Under the pieces are notes generated by a model that was not told where the DNA came from, searched no databases, and worked only from the letters and a program-made list of their open reading frames with translations. Below are positions 20,967 through 32,710 of a DNA stretch of 64,000 nucleotides, piece by piece; position 1 is the first letter of the stretch, and each line of letters begins with the position of its first letter. The position numbers and the translations under genes are program-made. Origin of the DNA: an uncultured Gemmataceae bacterium (lineage in GTDB: Bacteria > Planctomycetota > Planctomycetia > Gemmatales > Gemmataceae); assembly GCA_963750165.1 (NCBI GenBank), contig CAVVPN010000012.1, positions 448,001 through 512,000 of the forward strand. Reading direction: 5' to 3'.

Positions 20967-22313
20967 TCACGCCTTGCAAACCCGCGCCCCCGCGGCCGTG
21001 CAGTCGGCCGTGGCGTTGCGCGTGTCCACCACCAGGCGCGCGTGGCGCACGATGAAGTTGAAGTCATAGGCCGAGTGGTCCGTGATGACGACGACGCAAT
21101 CCTGCCGCTGCAGGAATGCGGGCGTCAACTCCTGGCTATCCAGGCTCAAGGCGTGATGCCGCATGGCCGGCAGCGACGGCACGTGCGGGTCGTTGTACGA
21201 CACCTCGGCGCCGCGCTTCTGCAGCAGGTCCAGCACCACGAACGCCGGCGACTCACGGGGATCGTCCACATCCTTCTTGTAGGCGACGCCGAGCACGCAC
21301 ACGCGGCTGCCCTTGAGCGGCTTGCCGTCCTCGTTGAGCGCCTCGGCCACGCGGCCGACGACGTACTGCGGCATGGCGGTGTTGATCTCGCCGGCCAGCT
21401 CGATGAAGCGCGTATGGACGCCGTACTTGCGGGCCGCCCAGGTCAGGTAGAACGGGTCGATGGGAATGCAGTGGCCGCCCAGGCCCGGCCCCGGGTAGAA
21501 CGCCTGGAAGCCGAATGGCTTCGTCCGCGCTGCGGCGATCACCTCCCACACGTCAATGCCCATCGCCTCGAAGACGCCCTTCAACTCGTTGACCAGGGCG
21601 ATGTTGACGGCGCGGTAGGTGTTCTCCAAAATCTTGCACGCCTCGGCGACGCCGGTGCCCGACACCTCGACCACGCCCTCAACAACGGGCGCGTACAGCG
21701 CCGCCGCCAGTTCGCGGCTGGCGCAGTTGACACCGCCGACGACTTTCGGGATCGTCCGCGTCGAGTAATCGCGATTGCCGGGATCCTCGCGCTCGGGGCT
21801 GTAGGCCAGGAAGAAGTCCTTGCCGGCACGCAGTCCGGACTCCTCCAGGATGGGCCGTAGCAGATCCTCGGTGGTGCCGGGGTAGGTGGTGCTCTCCAAA
21901 ACGACGAGCTGGCCGGGCCGCAAGTGTGGCATCAGCGTCCGGCCGGTGGCGACGATGCACGACAGGTCGGGCTCGCGCGCCTCGGTCAGCGGCGTCGGCA
22001 CGCAGATGATGACGGCGTCGGCGGTACGGAAGCGCTCGGGGTCGGTGGTGGCCTCGAAGCGGCCGGACTGCACCAGCTCGGCGACGCGGTCGGAGCAGAT
22101 GTGGCCGATGTAGCTTTGGCCGCGGTTGAGCTTTTCGACCTTGGCGGTGTCGATGTCGAAGCCGAGCACGGGGTAGCCGCCCCAGGCGAAGGTTTCCGCC
22201 AGGGGCAGGCCGACGTAGCCCATGCCGACCACGGCGACGCGGGCCGTGCGGTCGTCGATGCGCTGGCGCAGCTGCTCCGCTGGGGTGCTTTTTTTGAGGA
22301 CTGCCGGGGTCAT
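20967..22313 (-). CDS. Nucleotide sugar dehydrogenase (WbpA/WecC-like UDP-HexNAc dehydrogenase)
   Basis: GMGYVGLP, CVPTP, ESTTYPGTT, SPEREDPGN, GGHCIPIDP, GVAYKKDVDDPRESP. Confidence 0.93.
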   Translation of the reverse strand: MTPAVLKKSTPAEQLRQRIDDRTARVAVVGMGYVGLPLAETFAWGGYPVLGFDIDTAKVEKLNRGQSYIGHICSDRVAELVQSGRFEATTDPERFRTADAVIICVPTPLTEAREPDLSCIVATGRTLMPHLRPGQLVVLESTTYPGTTEDLLRPILEESGLRAGKDFFLAYSPEREDPGNRDYSTRTIPKVVGGVNCASRELAAALYAPVVEGVVEVSGTGVAEACKILENTYRAVNIALVNELKGVFEAMGIDVWEVIAAARTKPFGFQAFYPGPGLGGHCIPIDPFYLTWAARKYGVHTRFIELAGEINTAMPQYVVGRVAEALNEDGKPLKGSRVCVLGVAYKKDVDDPRESPAFVVLDLLQKRGAEVSYNDPHVPSLPAMRHHALSLDSQELTPAFLQRQDCVVVITDHSAYDFNFIVRHARLVVDTRNATADCTAAGARVCKA

Positions 22314-22369
22314 GCGGTTCTCCAGGGGCGATGCACAGGCGACCTCGTCCGTGAGTGCGATTGCTCTTC

Positions 22370-22410
22370 CGCCGCTGGCGGCTTAGCGCGCCCCGCCAAG
22401 CCGCCAGCGG
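22370..22410. repeat. Palindromic element (GCCGCTGGCGGCTTAGC family)
   Basis: GCCGCTGGCGGCTT..AAGCCGCCAGCGGC inverted repeat. Confidence 0.7.
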
Positions 22411-22437
22411 CAGAAAGATGGGTTTCGGCGACGGGCG

Positions 22438-25400
22438 TTATTGCAGATCCTTTTCCAGCCGCTGCAACAGCGTCAGCTCGGCGGGACTGAGGCGACCCGG
22501 ACCCGGGTTCAGGCTGCGAGCGCGGTTCAACGCCGCCCGCGCCGCGGTGCGGTTGCTGGCCTGGCGGTGCGCGTCGGTCAGGTGCAGGTATTTCGTGAAG
22601 GACGGCGCGTCCTCGATGGCGCGCGTCAGATCAGCGACGGCGGCCTCGTGACGGCCCAGGTTCAGCAGCACCACGGCGCGCGTGTCCAGGAACTCCGGCC
22701 GCGGCCCGTAGTATTCGATGACGCGGTCGATCAGTGACAGAGCCTCGTCACTCTTGACGTTCTGCTCGGCCAGCAGCCAGGCGAGGTTGTTTAGCGCCAC
22801 CACCTGCCGCGGCTCCTGCTGCAGCACCGCCCGATACAGTTTCTCCGCCTCCTGCGGCCGGTCGAGCATCTTGTGCAGGTCCGCAAATTGCAGCCGCAGC
22901 GCGACGCTCTGCGGCTGTTGCTTCAGGGCGCCCTGGAACCATGCCGCCATCCGACTCGCGGCGGCCTTCCAGGCGTCCGCCGAGACGTTCGCCACCCGCG
23001 CTTCGCGCAGCAGCGCCACGGCGGCGCCGCCGACCGCCTCGGGCGGACACTTTTGCGCCGCCTGCTCACACAGGTCGATGGCCTCCTTGACCTCGCCGAG
23101 CCGGCCGCTGATGCCGGCGACCAGCAGCAGCCGTTCCGCCGGCGCGTTCGGCGCCGCGGCGTAGGCCCGCAGCAGATCCTGCGCCTCGCGACGCTTGCCG
23201 AGCGCCTCCAGCGCTCGCGCCTTCAGCTCGGTCGCGGGGCTGGCGTCGGCCACCACCTGCCGCGCCTGCTCGACCTTTTCCAGCCGGGCGATGTCGTTCA
23301 GTGCCTCGCGGGCGTCGCCGTGCTTGATGCGCGCCTCCGCCACCAGGGCCTGGTACGCCGCGTTATGCGGGTAGTTGCGGACAAGGCTGCTCATCAGTTC
23401 CCGGGCCTTGCCCAGGGCCAGATCGTCCGGCGCCTGGGCCAGGTACAGATGGGCCAGCACCAGTTGCTCGTCGGGCGGCAGGGCCTGGCGGCGGTTGACC
23501 TCCTCCAGCAGGGCGATGGCCCGGACGCGGAACGTACGGCGGTTCTGCGTCGCCAGCACGCGCGCTCGCGCCAGCTGGTCCTCCAGGCTTTCGCCGTCGT
23601 CGGCCTTGCCCGCTTTCAGGCTGCCGCGGTCGTCGAGCCCCAGACCGACCAGCGCCAGCGCCTCGGCCAGGCGCTTTGGGTCGCCGCTGCTGGCCAGCGT
23701 CAGCGCCAGGCCGCGCCGCGCCCACCCCAGGTCCGCGTCGGCCACCTTGACCTTGCGGTCGATCACGGCCCGCAGCAGCGCCTCCGCCTCGCGCGAGCTG
23801 CCGCTGCGCAGGTAGAAGCCGACGACACCGCGGTAAACCTGGATTTCGCCGGGCCGGTCCTGCAGCGCCGCCTCGTAATACTGCCGCGCCGCCTTCGCGT
23901 CGCCCACCAGTTCACAGCACTGGCCCAGCGCCAGCGCCTCGCGCGGCGCCGGCAGCTTGGCCTTCGCCCGCTCCAGTTCCTTGCGCCAGCGGCGCCTGGT
24001 TGATTCTGACGAGGTACTGAATCAGCGCGACCCAGGTCTCCGGCACCGCGTCCGCCAGGGCGATGGCGCGGCGGAACGCCTTTTCCGCCTCCGCCGAGGG
24101 CCGGCCGTTGGCCGACAGCACCTTGCCGATCCACAGCTGGTCGTGGTAGTCCTTCGAGTCGGCGGGCGTGCTCTTGCTCAGGATGTCCTCAGCGGCCCGA
24201 AAGTCGTCGTTGCGCAGCGACACGTCGATGAACAACTTCTGGTCGTCCGGTGACAGCTGGGCCTGCTGTTGCAGCTGGCGCATAACCTGGTCGGCCTCGT
24301 CATAGCGCTGCTGCTTCGTCAGCAGTTGCACGAGCTGCCGCAGCACACGCGGGCCGCGCTCGCCCTGCTCCAGCGCCCGCCGATAGTTGGCGATGGCCTG
24401 CTCGGTGTTGCCCTGCATCTCCTCAACCTCGGCCCGCGCCAGCAGCACCGCCGGCCACGCCGGCCGCAACTGCACCACGCGGTCGAGCAGCCGCCGCGCC
24501 TCCTTCAACAGGCCCGTCTGCCCCTGCCGCGCCAGGTAAATCCGCCGTGCCGCCTCGCCGTACAGGTAGAACGGCGACTCGCCCTCCTCCAGCGTCTTGA
24601 CCTCGGCCAGGGCCTGCCGCATTTGCTCGTCGTCGCCCAGCCGCAGCCCCAGGTCGAACAGCACCAGCCGCACGCGCACATCCTTCGCGAATCGCGGCTG
24701 CTCGGCCACCAGCCGCCACAGCCGCGTGGCGTCGCGCAGCTGGTCCGTCCGCAGGTACGCCTCGGCCAGGCCGCTCAACAGGGCCGGCCGCTCCTCGGCC
24801 GGCAACTGCTGCCAGCCGGCCTCCAGTTTCGCCAGCGCCGCCCGCGCGGCGTCGCCCTTGTCCACGGCAGCGACCAGCCGCGCCCGCGCCAGCCGCACCG
24901 CCACACAGTCGCCCAGCTGCGCCTCGGCCCGGTCGAGCACGCGGCGGGCCTCGGCGGCCCGGCCCTGCCGCTCCTCCAGCACCGCCAGGCCGTTCCACAA
25001 AGCGACGCTCCTGGGCTGCTTCTGCAGTGCCGCCTCCAGCAGGGCACGCACCTGGTCCGGCTGCTTGCGGGCCAGCAACATCTCGGCCCGCAGCAGCACC
25101 ACGTCCACGGCGCCGGGCTGCTCCTGCTCCGCGGCGGCCAGCGCCTGCTCGACAGCGGTCCAGTCCGCTTTCGCGGCGCCGAGGTTGCGCGTCAGCAGGG
25201 CGCGGGCCAGGTCCAGCTGACCGCTGTTGACCTGCTGCGTTTGCTGGCCGAGTTCGGCCAGTTTGCGGTACTCCTCGATGGCCAGGTCCGTGCGGCCCAT
25301 CGCCATTAGCGCGGCCGCGGCACTGCGGCGGCCGGCCACGGAGGTCTTGTCGAAATACAGCACGCGCTGGCAGGCCGCCAGCTGCTGGGCGGGCTCCTTG

Positions 25401-26572
25401 AGCCGCTCGTAACAACTGGCCAGGAACAGATCGACCTGGGCCACCAGCCCCGGCGCCCCCTTGAGGCCGTCGCGGACGCGCACGAACTGAGTCGAAGCGT
25501 CGTACCAGCGGCCCTGAGCCATGAGCACACGGGCCTTCAAGAAGTCGTGCGACGCCGCTGGCACGCCGGCAACCCTGGTCTGCGGGATCAGCCGAACTGC
25601 CTCGTCGATGTCACCGCCGTCCAGCAGCAGGTTCGTCAGCGTCCAGGTCAGCTCAAAGCGGTCCTGCTGCGGCACCACCTTGAGACCGGCGCGCAGCGCA
25701 GCGATGGCCCGGTCGCGCTGACCGCGGCGGACCTCCAGCTGGGCCAGCGCCTGGTGGACGCGGCCCTCGCGACTCTGGAGCTTCAACGCCCGGTCCAGGT
25801 AGGCGGCGGCCGTGTCCCAGCAGTGCTCCTGCGTCACCCGGCAGACCATCCCGGTCAGGATGCCGCTGAGCCGTTCCCGCCCGTACTCCGTCAGGGCGCG
25901 GTCCTGCGCAAGTTCCGAGGCAGCGATCAGCACGGCCACGTCGTTCGGGGCGCGGCGCAGCGCCTCGGCGGCGTACTGGGACGCCTCGGCGGCGTACTTG
26001 TCGAACTCGCGCATCAGGCGGATGAGGCGGACGTAGCCGTCGATGAACTCCGGGGATTTTTTGACAGCCTGTTTCAGGTAAAGCAGCGCGTGCCCCTTGT
26101 AGCCGCGGTGCTCCTCGTACTGGGCCGACAGCACGGATACCTCGCCGTCCTGCGGGGCCTGTTGTTCGAGGATTTTCAGCTGTTCGTGGGCCACGTCGAG
26201 GTTGTTCTCGTCGAGGGCCAGGCGAACCAGGCACTTGCGCAACTCGGTATTGCCGGGCTCCTTGATGAGCACCTGATCGATGACGAAGCGGGCCCGTTCG
26301 CGGGCCTTGTGGCTGACCGCCAGCTTCTGGTGGCAGAGGAGTTTGCCCAGGCGGGCGCGCGTCTCCAGGTCGTCCGGGGCGAATTCGAGGTAGCGGGCCA
26401 GGAAGCGGCTGCTCTGTTTCAGGCGGCCCTCCTGCTCGGCCTGGTTGGCCTGCCAGAGCAGGGCGCTGGCGATGTTGCCCGCCTGCAGGCTGTGGACGAG
26501 GGCCAGCGTCCCGGCCAGGGCGACCACGGCGACGACCAGGCTGAACAGGAACTTGACGTTGAGTTTGCGCAT
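22438..26572 (-). CDS. Large TPR protein with N-terminal anchor; frameshift near 23980
   Basis: ORFs 23912-26572 and 22438-23907 join; many TPR units including ALNNLAWLLA, FLDTRA. Confidence 0.85.
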
Positions 26573-26931
26573 CCGTGCGAATTCCCCGAGGACTGGCGGC
26601 GCCTCCGGCGCTGCCGTGGAGGGTGGTCAAGACGGCGAGGATTTCCGGCGCCCGCCCCGCGGGGCGCGGCCGTGTCGATTGGCCCAAGACGATGGTGTTG
26701 CTGCATCGCGGTGGTGAAGGGTGGCCAAACAGAAGGGCATGGTAAATCGCGGCGCTGTTGCTGTCAAGCGAAGGAAGTCCGCGCATCTGGACCAGTTGGC
26801 GGTGGGGTGTAGTGGTCTGGGTGGGAGTCACATGGCCACCTGGCCACATGGCGCCTCTCCCAGATCCCGGCCTGGCAACCCCTGGCGCTGCTACTCCCCT
26901 CCGCCATCTGCTCGAATTTCATTGATGGGTG

Positions 26932-28542
26932 TCAGCGTTGTGTCACCGGCGGCTGCCCCTTGATCGTCGCCTGACGGGCCCACTGCAGCAGCCAGTCGGC
27001 CCCCGGCGGCACGCTCAGGCCAACCGTCAGCGCCGCACAGATCCACAGCGTCGCCAAACCGCTCCAGCCAGCGCGGCGCGGCAGCGGTTTGATCGGGCTG
27101 CGCAGGTACATCACCGACAGAACCCGCAGATAATACCAGGCGCCAATGGCGGCGTTGACCATACCCAGCACCGACAGCAGACGGAACAGCCAGGCGTAGG
27201 CGCCGAACGGCCCGTCCTCGGGAATCGCCATCGCCCCGAAGAAGACGATGTACTTGCCGGTGAAGCCCGCCGTCAGCGGGATGCCGATCAGGCTGAACAG
27301 GAACACCAGCATCAGCAGCGCCACGCCGGGGTGGCTGCGGCCCAGGCCAGCCAGGTCGTCCACCGACTCGACCGGCTGTTCCGGCGTGTGCAGGTACGCG
27401 ATCACCGCGAAGGCCCCGACCGTCATGGCCCCGTAAGCCACCAGGTAAAACAGCAGCGCGTCCAGCCCGTTGACGGCCTGGTCGCGCAGGTATGGCGCCG
27501 CTGCCAGCGCCACCAGCATGTAGCCGGCGTGCGCCACGCTGGAGTACGCCAGCAACCGCTTGAGGTTGTCCTGCTGTAGCGCGAACAGGTTGCCGAGGAA
27601 CATCGACACCGCCGCCAGGAACCAGAACAGGATCGGCACCTCCGGGCTGAGCAGCGTGCCCAGCGGCAGGCTCGCGTCGGTCGGCACCTCCGCCGGCAGC
27701 ACGAAGCCGAGCAACCGCAGCAGCGCCGCGAAGCCCGCCACCTTGGGAATCAGGGCCAGGAACGCCGCCATCACCGTCGCGGTGCCCTGGTACACATCCG
27801 GGGCGTAGAAGTGGAACGGCACCGCGGTGATGCGGAAGCCGAGCCCGGCCACCACCATCAACACCGCCACCTGGGCGATCACCGGCAGCGGCTCGCGGCC
27901 AGCCACGGCGCCCTCGACCGCGGGCCGGCTCAGGGAGTCGAAGAGCGCCGGCAGGTTTGTGGTGCCGGCCAGGCCGTAAAGATAACTGAAGCCGAACAGC
28001 ACCAGCGCCGAGGAGAACACGCTCAGCAAGAAGTATTTGAGCGCCGCCTCCTGCGCCGGCTGGTCGTACCGTGGCAGGTACAGCAGCACATAGGTTGGGA
28101 TGCTGACGAGTTCCAGGGCCACGAACAGCGTCACCAGGTCGTTCGCGGAGCCGGTCAGGCTGACACCGGCGACCACCAGCAGCAGGCAGGCGTAATAGTC
28201 GCCGGCCTGGCGGTCCTTGACCTGGTTCCAGCTGAGCAGCACCAGCACGGCCCCGCTCGCCAGGGCGATGCCCTTGATGACGTAGGCGAAGGTGTCGTTG
28301 GCGATCGGCCCGGCGAAAACCGCGGCGGTGGCGGCGTCACTGCTGCTGTAATGGAAATACCAGCCGGCCGGCAGCAGCGCCGCGGCGCCGGCCAGCGCCA
28401 GCAGCGCCAGGGCCGCCCACAGCTGGCGGTTGGCCCGGAAGGCGCCGCCGAGGAAGATCACGCAGGCGACCGCGATCAGCAGCATTTCCGGGTAGAGCAG
28501 CCGGTAACAACTGGTCAGCGCTTCAACAATGGGATCACTCAC
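26932..28542 (-). CDS. nuoN: NADH-quinone oxidoreductase subunit N
   Basis: EAALKYF, VPFHFYAPDVYQG, KRLLAYSSVAHAGY. Confidence 0.95.
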   Translation of the reverse strand: MSDPIVEALTSCYRLLYPEMLLIAVACVIFLGGAFRANRQLWAALALLALAGAAALLPAGWYFHYSSSDAATAAVFAGPIANDTFAYVIKGIALASGAVLVLLSWNQVKDRQAGDYYACLLLVVAGVSLTGSANDLVTLFVALELVSIPTYVLLYLPRYDQPAQEAALKYFLLSVFSSALVLFGFSYLYGLAGTTNLPALFDSLSRPAVEGAVAGREPLPVIAQVAVLMVVAGLGFRITAVPFHFYAPDVYQGTATVMAAFLALIPKVAGFAALLRLLGFVLPAEVPTDASLPLGTLLSPEVPILFWFLAAVSMFLGNLFALQQDNLKRLLAYSSVAHAGYMLVALAAAPYLRDQAVNGLDALLFYLVAYGAMTVGAFAVIAYLHTPEQPVESVDDLAGLGRSHPGVALLMLVFLFSLIGIPLTAGFTGKYIVFFGAMAIPEDGPFGAYAWLFRLLSVLGMVNAAIGAWYYLRVLSVMYLRSPIKPLPRRAGWSGLATLWICAALTVGLSVPPGADWLLQWARQATIKGQPPVTQR

Positions 28543-30265
28543 GATTCGGCCTCTCGCTGGCGTCCGCGGCGACGGCGGCTTCGGGGTGGGTGGGGGCGCT
28601 GGCGGTGGCGGTCGGGCGGTTGCTGAGGATGCCGGTGAGGACGCGCACGTCTGGCCGGGCGGCGTCGATGACCGGCTGCGGCCAGACGCCGAGCACGACG
28701 CAGAACACCATGATCGGCCCCAGAGCGGCCCATTCGCGGCCGTTCATGTCCGTGACCGCGTGGCCGTCGTGGTGCGGCTCCTTGACCTCGCCGAAGAACA
28801 CGAGCCGCAGCAGCGTGAACAGATACCAGGCCCCCAGCACGATGCCGGACGTGCCCAGAATGGCGAGGTCGGGCCGCACCTGGAACATGCCCAGGAACAC
28901 CAGCGCCTCGCCGACGAAGCCGTTCAAGCCCGGCAGCCCGACGCTCGTCAGGCAGATGAACACCATGCACGCGCCGAGGAGGCCGAGCCGGGCGCTCATG
29001 CCGCCATAGTCCGCCAGCTTGCGCGTGTGGTAGCGCTCGTAGAGCATGCCGACCAGCAGGAACAGCCCGCCCGTGGACAGGCCGTGGTTAATCATTTGCA
29101 GCAGACTGCCGGTCAGCCCTGCCTCGTTCAGCGCGAACATGCCGAGCATGCAGAAACCCAGGTGGCTGACGCTGGAATAGGCCACGAGCTTTTTCATGTC
29201 GTCCTGGGCCAGCGAGCAGAACGCCCCGTAGATGATGCCGATCACCGACAGGGTGCCGATGAGCGGCACGCCAACGCTGATGCAGGCGTCGGGCACCAGC
29301 GGCAGGCACAGCCGCAGAAAACCGTAGGCGCCAACCTTGAGCAGCACACCGGCCAGCAGGACGCTGCCCGCCGTCGGGGCCTCGACGTGCGCCAGCGGCA
29401 GCCAGGTGTGCAGCGGCACCAGCGGCACCTTGATGGCGAAGCCGGCGATCAACGCCAGGAACACCCAGAACTGGAACGCATCCCAGAACGCTCGCTGGTC
29501 CGGCCGGGCGTGGCGCTGCAACAGCTGCACCTGCTCGACCAGCTCCGGGATGGAGAACGTCAGCCGGCGGTTGGCGTCGTAGCAGACGACCACGACCGCG
29601 ATCACGCCCAGCAGTGTCAGCAGACTGCCGGCCAGCGTGTAGATGAAGAATTTGCGGGCCGCGTGCCGTCGTTCCGGGCCGCCCCAGATGCCGATCAGGA
29701 AGAACAGCGGCACCAGCGTTAGCTCGAAAAAGACGTAGAAGAGGATGATATCGAACGACAGGAAGACACCGAACATGGCCGTGCCGAGCAACAGCAGCCA
29801 GGCGTAATACTCGTTGACGCGGTCGTCGATGGCGGTCCACGACGCCAGCACGGCGGACACCATCAGCAGGGCGGTCAGCGCCACCAGCCAGACATTGAGG
29901 CCATCCAGGCCGAAGTAGAACTGCACAGCGCCGGTGTCACCGAAGCGGAGCAGGGTCCAGGTGGTGGCGTGGCGGTTCTCGTGCTTGCCGTCCTTGCCGA
30001 CCTCGGCGGCGGTGGTGGCCGGGGCGCCGGGCACGAACTCGGGGTGGAAGGTGCCGGCGCCGGGGTGACTGCGCTCGTAGCTGACGAGGGTGAGCGCCAG
30101 GATCGCGGCGGCCACGAGGCCGAAGAGCGTGGCGCCCAGGCTGACGTAGCGCACCGCCGTGGCGCGGCCGCTGCCGAGCAGGGCGACGACGACGGCGGCC
30201 GCCGCCGGCACCGCCGGCAGGCTGACGATCAGGAAGCGCAGCGACTCCAGTTGTGCGTTTGTCAT
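28535..30265 (-). CDS. nuoM: NADH-quinone oxidoreductase subunit M
   Basis: FFELTLVP, KVPLVPLHTWLPLAHVEAPT, KLVAYSSVSHLG. Confidence 0.95.
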   Translation of the reverse strand: MTNAQLESLRFLIVSLPAVPAAAAVVVALLGSGRATAVRYVSLGATLFGLVAAAILALTLVSYERSHPGAGTFHPEFVPGAPATTAAEVGKDGKHENRHATTWTLLRFGDTGAVQFYFGLDGLNVWLVALTALLMVSAVLASWTAIDDRVNEYYAWLLLLGTAMFGVFLSFDIILFYVFFELTLVPLFFLIGIWGGPERRHAARKFFIYTLAGSLLTLLGVIAVVVVCYDANRRLTFSIPELVEQVQLLQRHARPDQRAFWDAFQFWVFLALIAGFAIKVPLVPLHTWLPLAHVEAPTAGSVLLAGVLLKVGAYGFLRLCLPLVPDACISVGVPLIGTLSVIGIIYGAFCSLAQDDMKKLVAYSSVSHLGFCMLGMFALNEAGLTGSLLQMINHGLSTGGLFLLVGMLYERYHTRKLADYGGMSARLGLLGACMVFICLTSVGLPGLNGFVGEALVFLGMFQVRPDLAILGTSGIVLGAWYLFTLLRLVFFGEVKEPHHDGHAVTDMNGREWAALGPIMVFCVVLGVWPQPVIDAARPDVRVLTGILSNRPTATASAPTHPEAAVAADASERPNRE

Positions 30266-30321
30266 GGGTTCCCGTTTACCGGTCTTTTCTGCCGCTTGCG
30301 GCAGAAAAAAGACACACTCCG

Positions 30322-32289
30322 TTATCGAAACAGCACCGCCAGCAAAAACCCCGCCAGGCCGAGCACCATCAGCAGCGCGTAGAACTGCACCAGCCCGTTC
30401 TGCAGCGGCCGGATCAGCATCCCCAAAAAGCTCGGCACCTGGCCGAACAGATCGACCAGCCCGTCCACGACGTACTGGTCGAATACCCGGCAGAAGACCG
30501 CCAGCCCCACCAGCGGCTTGACCACGAAGATGATGTACAGTTCGTCCAGGTAAAAGCGGTTGAGCGACAGGTGGTACGCCGCCGGTGCGGCCTCCGCCAC
30601 CTGCGCCGCGGCGCTGGGCTGGCGGACGTACATCCACCAGGCGGCCGCGACACCGGCCAGCGCGACCACACTGCTGCCGAGCATCATCGGCAGGTTCATC
30701 GTGTGCTCATGTTCGCGGTACAGCGAGCCGAAGGCGTGACTGATCCAGCGGTGTTCGAGCACATGGCTGAACCAGTGCGTGAACGGCTCAACGATGATGC
30801 CGACGAACACGGCCCCGGCCGCCAGAATCATCAGCGGTATCGTCATCACGGGCGGCGACTCGTGGGCGTGGTGGCCGGCCTCCTCCGGGATGCGCTCTGC
30901 GCCCCAGAACGTCAGGAAGTAGGCGCGAAAAGTGTAGAAGGCGGTCAGGGCCGCCACGAACAGGCCGATGGCGAAGAACACCAGGTAAATCGAGCCGAGC
31001 ATTGGGTCCTTGCCCGAGGCGCTGAGCGCCACGTCCAGGATTTCGTCCTTGCTCCAGAAGCCGGACAGCAGCGGCACGCCCGCCAGCGCCCCGGCACCGC
31101 ACAGGAACGTCCAGTGGGTGGTCGGCAGCACCCTGTACAGGCCGCCGAAGCGGCGCATGTCGATGATGTTGCCCATCGCGTGCATAACGCTGCCGGCGGC
31201 CAGGAACAGCAGCGCCTTGAAGAAGGCGTGCGTGAACAGGTGGAACATGGCCGCGGTCACCGCGAAGGCGGCCAGATGGCCCGTGCGCAGACCGCAACCC
31301 AGCGCCAGGAACATGTAACCGAGCTGGCTGATCGTCGAGTACGCCAGCACGCGCTTGAGGTCGGTTTGCGTGAGCGCCATCACCGCAGCGATCAGGGCGG
31401 TGACGGCGCCGATGCCGGCGACCACGACCAGCGCCGCATCAGAGTGGCCGAACAGCGGCATGCAACGCGCCACCAGGTAAACGCCGGCGGTCACCATCGT
31501 CGCCGCGTGGATCAGGGCGCTGACCGGCGACGGGCCTTCCATCGCGTCCGGCAACCACACGTGCAGCGGGAACTGCGCCGACTTGCCGACCGCCCCACAG
31601 AACAGCAGCAGACACGCCGCCAGCAGCAGCCCCGGGTCCTGGTCGATGGCGTGGTTGAAGACCGTCTCGAAGTTCAGCGAGTGCAGCGGCACCCCGGCCG
31701 CGTTCTTGAACAGCGCGAAGATGACGAGGATGCCGATGAACAGGCCCACGTCGCCGAGGCGCGTCACCAGGAATGCCTTGCGGGCGGCGCTGGCCGCGGC
31801 CGGCTTCGTGAACCAGAAGCCGATCAGCAAATAGCTGCACAGGCCGACGCCTTCCCAGAAGGCGTAGAGCACGATGAAATTGTCCGCCAGCACCAGGCCG
31901 GTCATGGAGAACAGGAACAGGCTGACCTCCGCGAAGAAGCGCGGATAACCCGGGTCATGGTGCATGTAGCCGATGGAGTAGATCGCCACCAGGCTGCCGA
32001 TGAACGTGACCATCACCAGCATGATCGCGGTCAGGCCGTCGGCCCGCAGCGTGACGCTGATGTCCACGTCGCCGGCCGCGAACCACGTCACCCGCGTCGT
32101 GTGCAGGGCCTCGGGTTCGGTGTTGCCGGCCACCTGCGCGAAGATGACGACCGACAGCACACACGCCCCGGCGGCGCCGAGGACGCACGGCCAGTGCGCA
32201 TGCTCCCTGAGCCAGTCGCGGCCGAAGGTGATGACGATGGCGCCCAGCAGTGGCAGTGCGGGGATCAGCCAGAGCAGTTCGTTAGACAT
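30322..32289 (-). CDS. nuoL: NADH-quinone oxidoreductase subunit L
   Basis: GKSAQFPLHVWLPDAMEGPSPVSALIHAATMV. Confidence 0.96.
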   Translation of the reverse strand: MSNELLWLIPALPLLGAIVITFGRDWLREHAHWPCVLGAAGACVLSVVIFAQVAGNTEPEALHTTRVTWFAAGDVDISVTLRADGLTAIMLVMVTFIGSLVAIYSIGYMHHDPGYPRFFAEVSLFLFSMTGLVLADNFIVLYAFWEGVGLCSYLLIGFWFTKPAAASAARKAFLVTRLGDVGLFIGILVIFALFKNAAGVPLHSLNFETVFNHAIDQDPGLLLAACLLLFCGAVGKSAQFPLHVWLPDAMEGPSPVSALIHAATMVTAGVYLVARCMPLFGHSDAALVVVAGIGAVTALIAAVMALTQTDLKRVLAYSTISQLGYMFLALGCGLRTGHLAAFAVTAAMFHLFTHAFFKALLFLAAGSVMHAMGNIIDMRRFGGLYRVLPTTHWTFLCGAGALAGVPLLSGFWSKDEILDVALSASGKDPMLGSIYLVFFAIGLFVAALTAFYTFRAYFLTFWGAERIPEEAGHHAHESPPVMTIPLMILAAGAVFVGIIVEPFTHWFSHVLEHRWISHAFGSLYREHEHTMNLPMMLGSSVVALAGVAAAWWMYVRQPSAAAQVAEAAPAAYHLSLNRFYLDELYIIFVVKPLVGLAVFCRVFDQYVVDGLVDLFGQVPSFLGMLIRPLQNGLVQFYALLMVLGLAGFLLAVLFR

Positions 32290-32710
32290 GGCTGCTCTCC
32301 TGGGGCTGCGGCGGCTCGATGCCGGAGGGCGTCAGCCGCGGCAGGGCCGGCACGGGCGGCGGCGGCGGCAGCGGCTCCTCGTCCACAACGGGCAGCTGGT
32401 CGGCCTCGCGCAGGTCCTGCCAGACGCTCACGTCCAGGGTCTTGCGGCTGCGGAAGAGCACGACGAACAGCGCCAGGGCAAGGGCCGCCTCGCAGGCGGC
32501 GACGGTCAAGATGAACATCGTGAACACCTGGCCCTGCAGGTTGCCGCGGTAGCGGGCAAACGCCACCAGGTTGACCGCGACGCCCTGCAGCATCATTTCC
32601 GCGGACAGGAACATGATGATCATGTTGCGCCGCGTCAGGAAGCCGATCAGGCCCAGCACGAACAGGATGGCGCCGACGATCAGGTAATCGTGGAGCATCA
32701 CCGGGGTCAT
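32282..32710 (-). CDS. nuoK: NADH-quinone oxidoreductase subunit K with Pro-rich tail
   Basis: RRNMIIMFLSAEMML, VAACEAALALAL. Confidence 0.93.
   Translation of the reverse strand: MTPVMLHDYLIVGAILFVLGLIGFLTRRNMIIMFLSAEMMLQGVAVNLVAFARYRGNLQGQVFTMFILTVAACEAALALALFVVLFRSRKTLDVSVWQDLREADQLPVVDEEPLPPPPPVPALPRLTPSGIEPPQPQESSHV

Noticed and set aside
26805..26907. Imperfect hairpin after nuoN as an ncRNA
   Set aside because: Single weakly paired GC-rich stem, most simply an operon 3' structure or decayed repeat.
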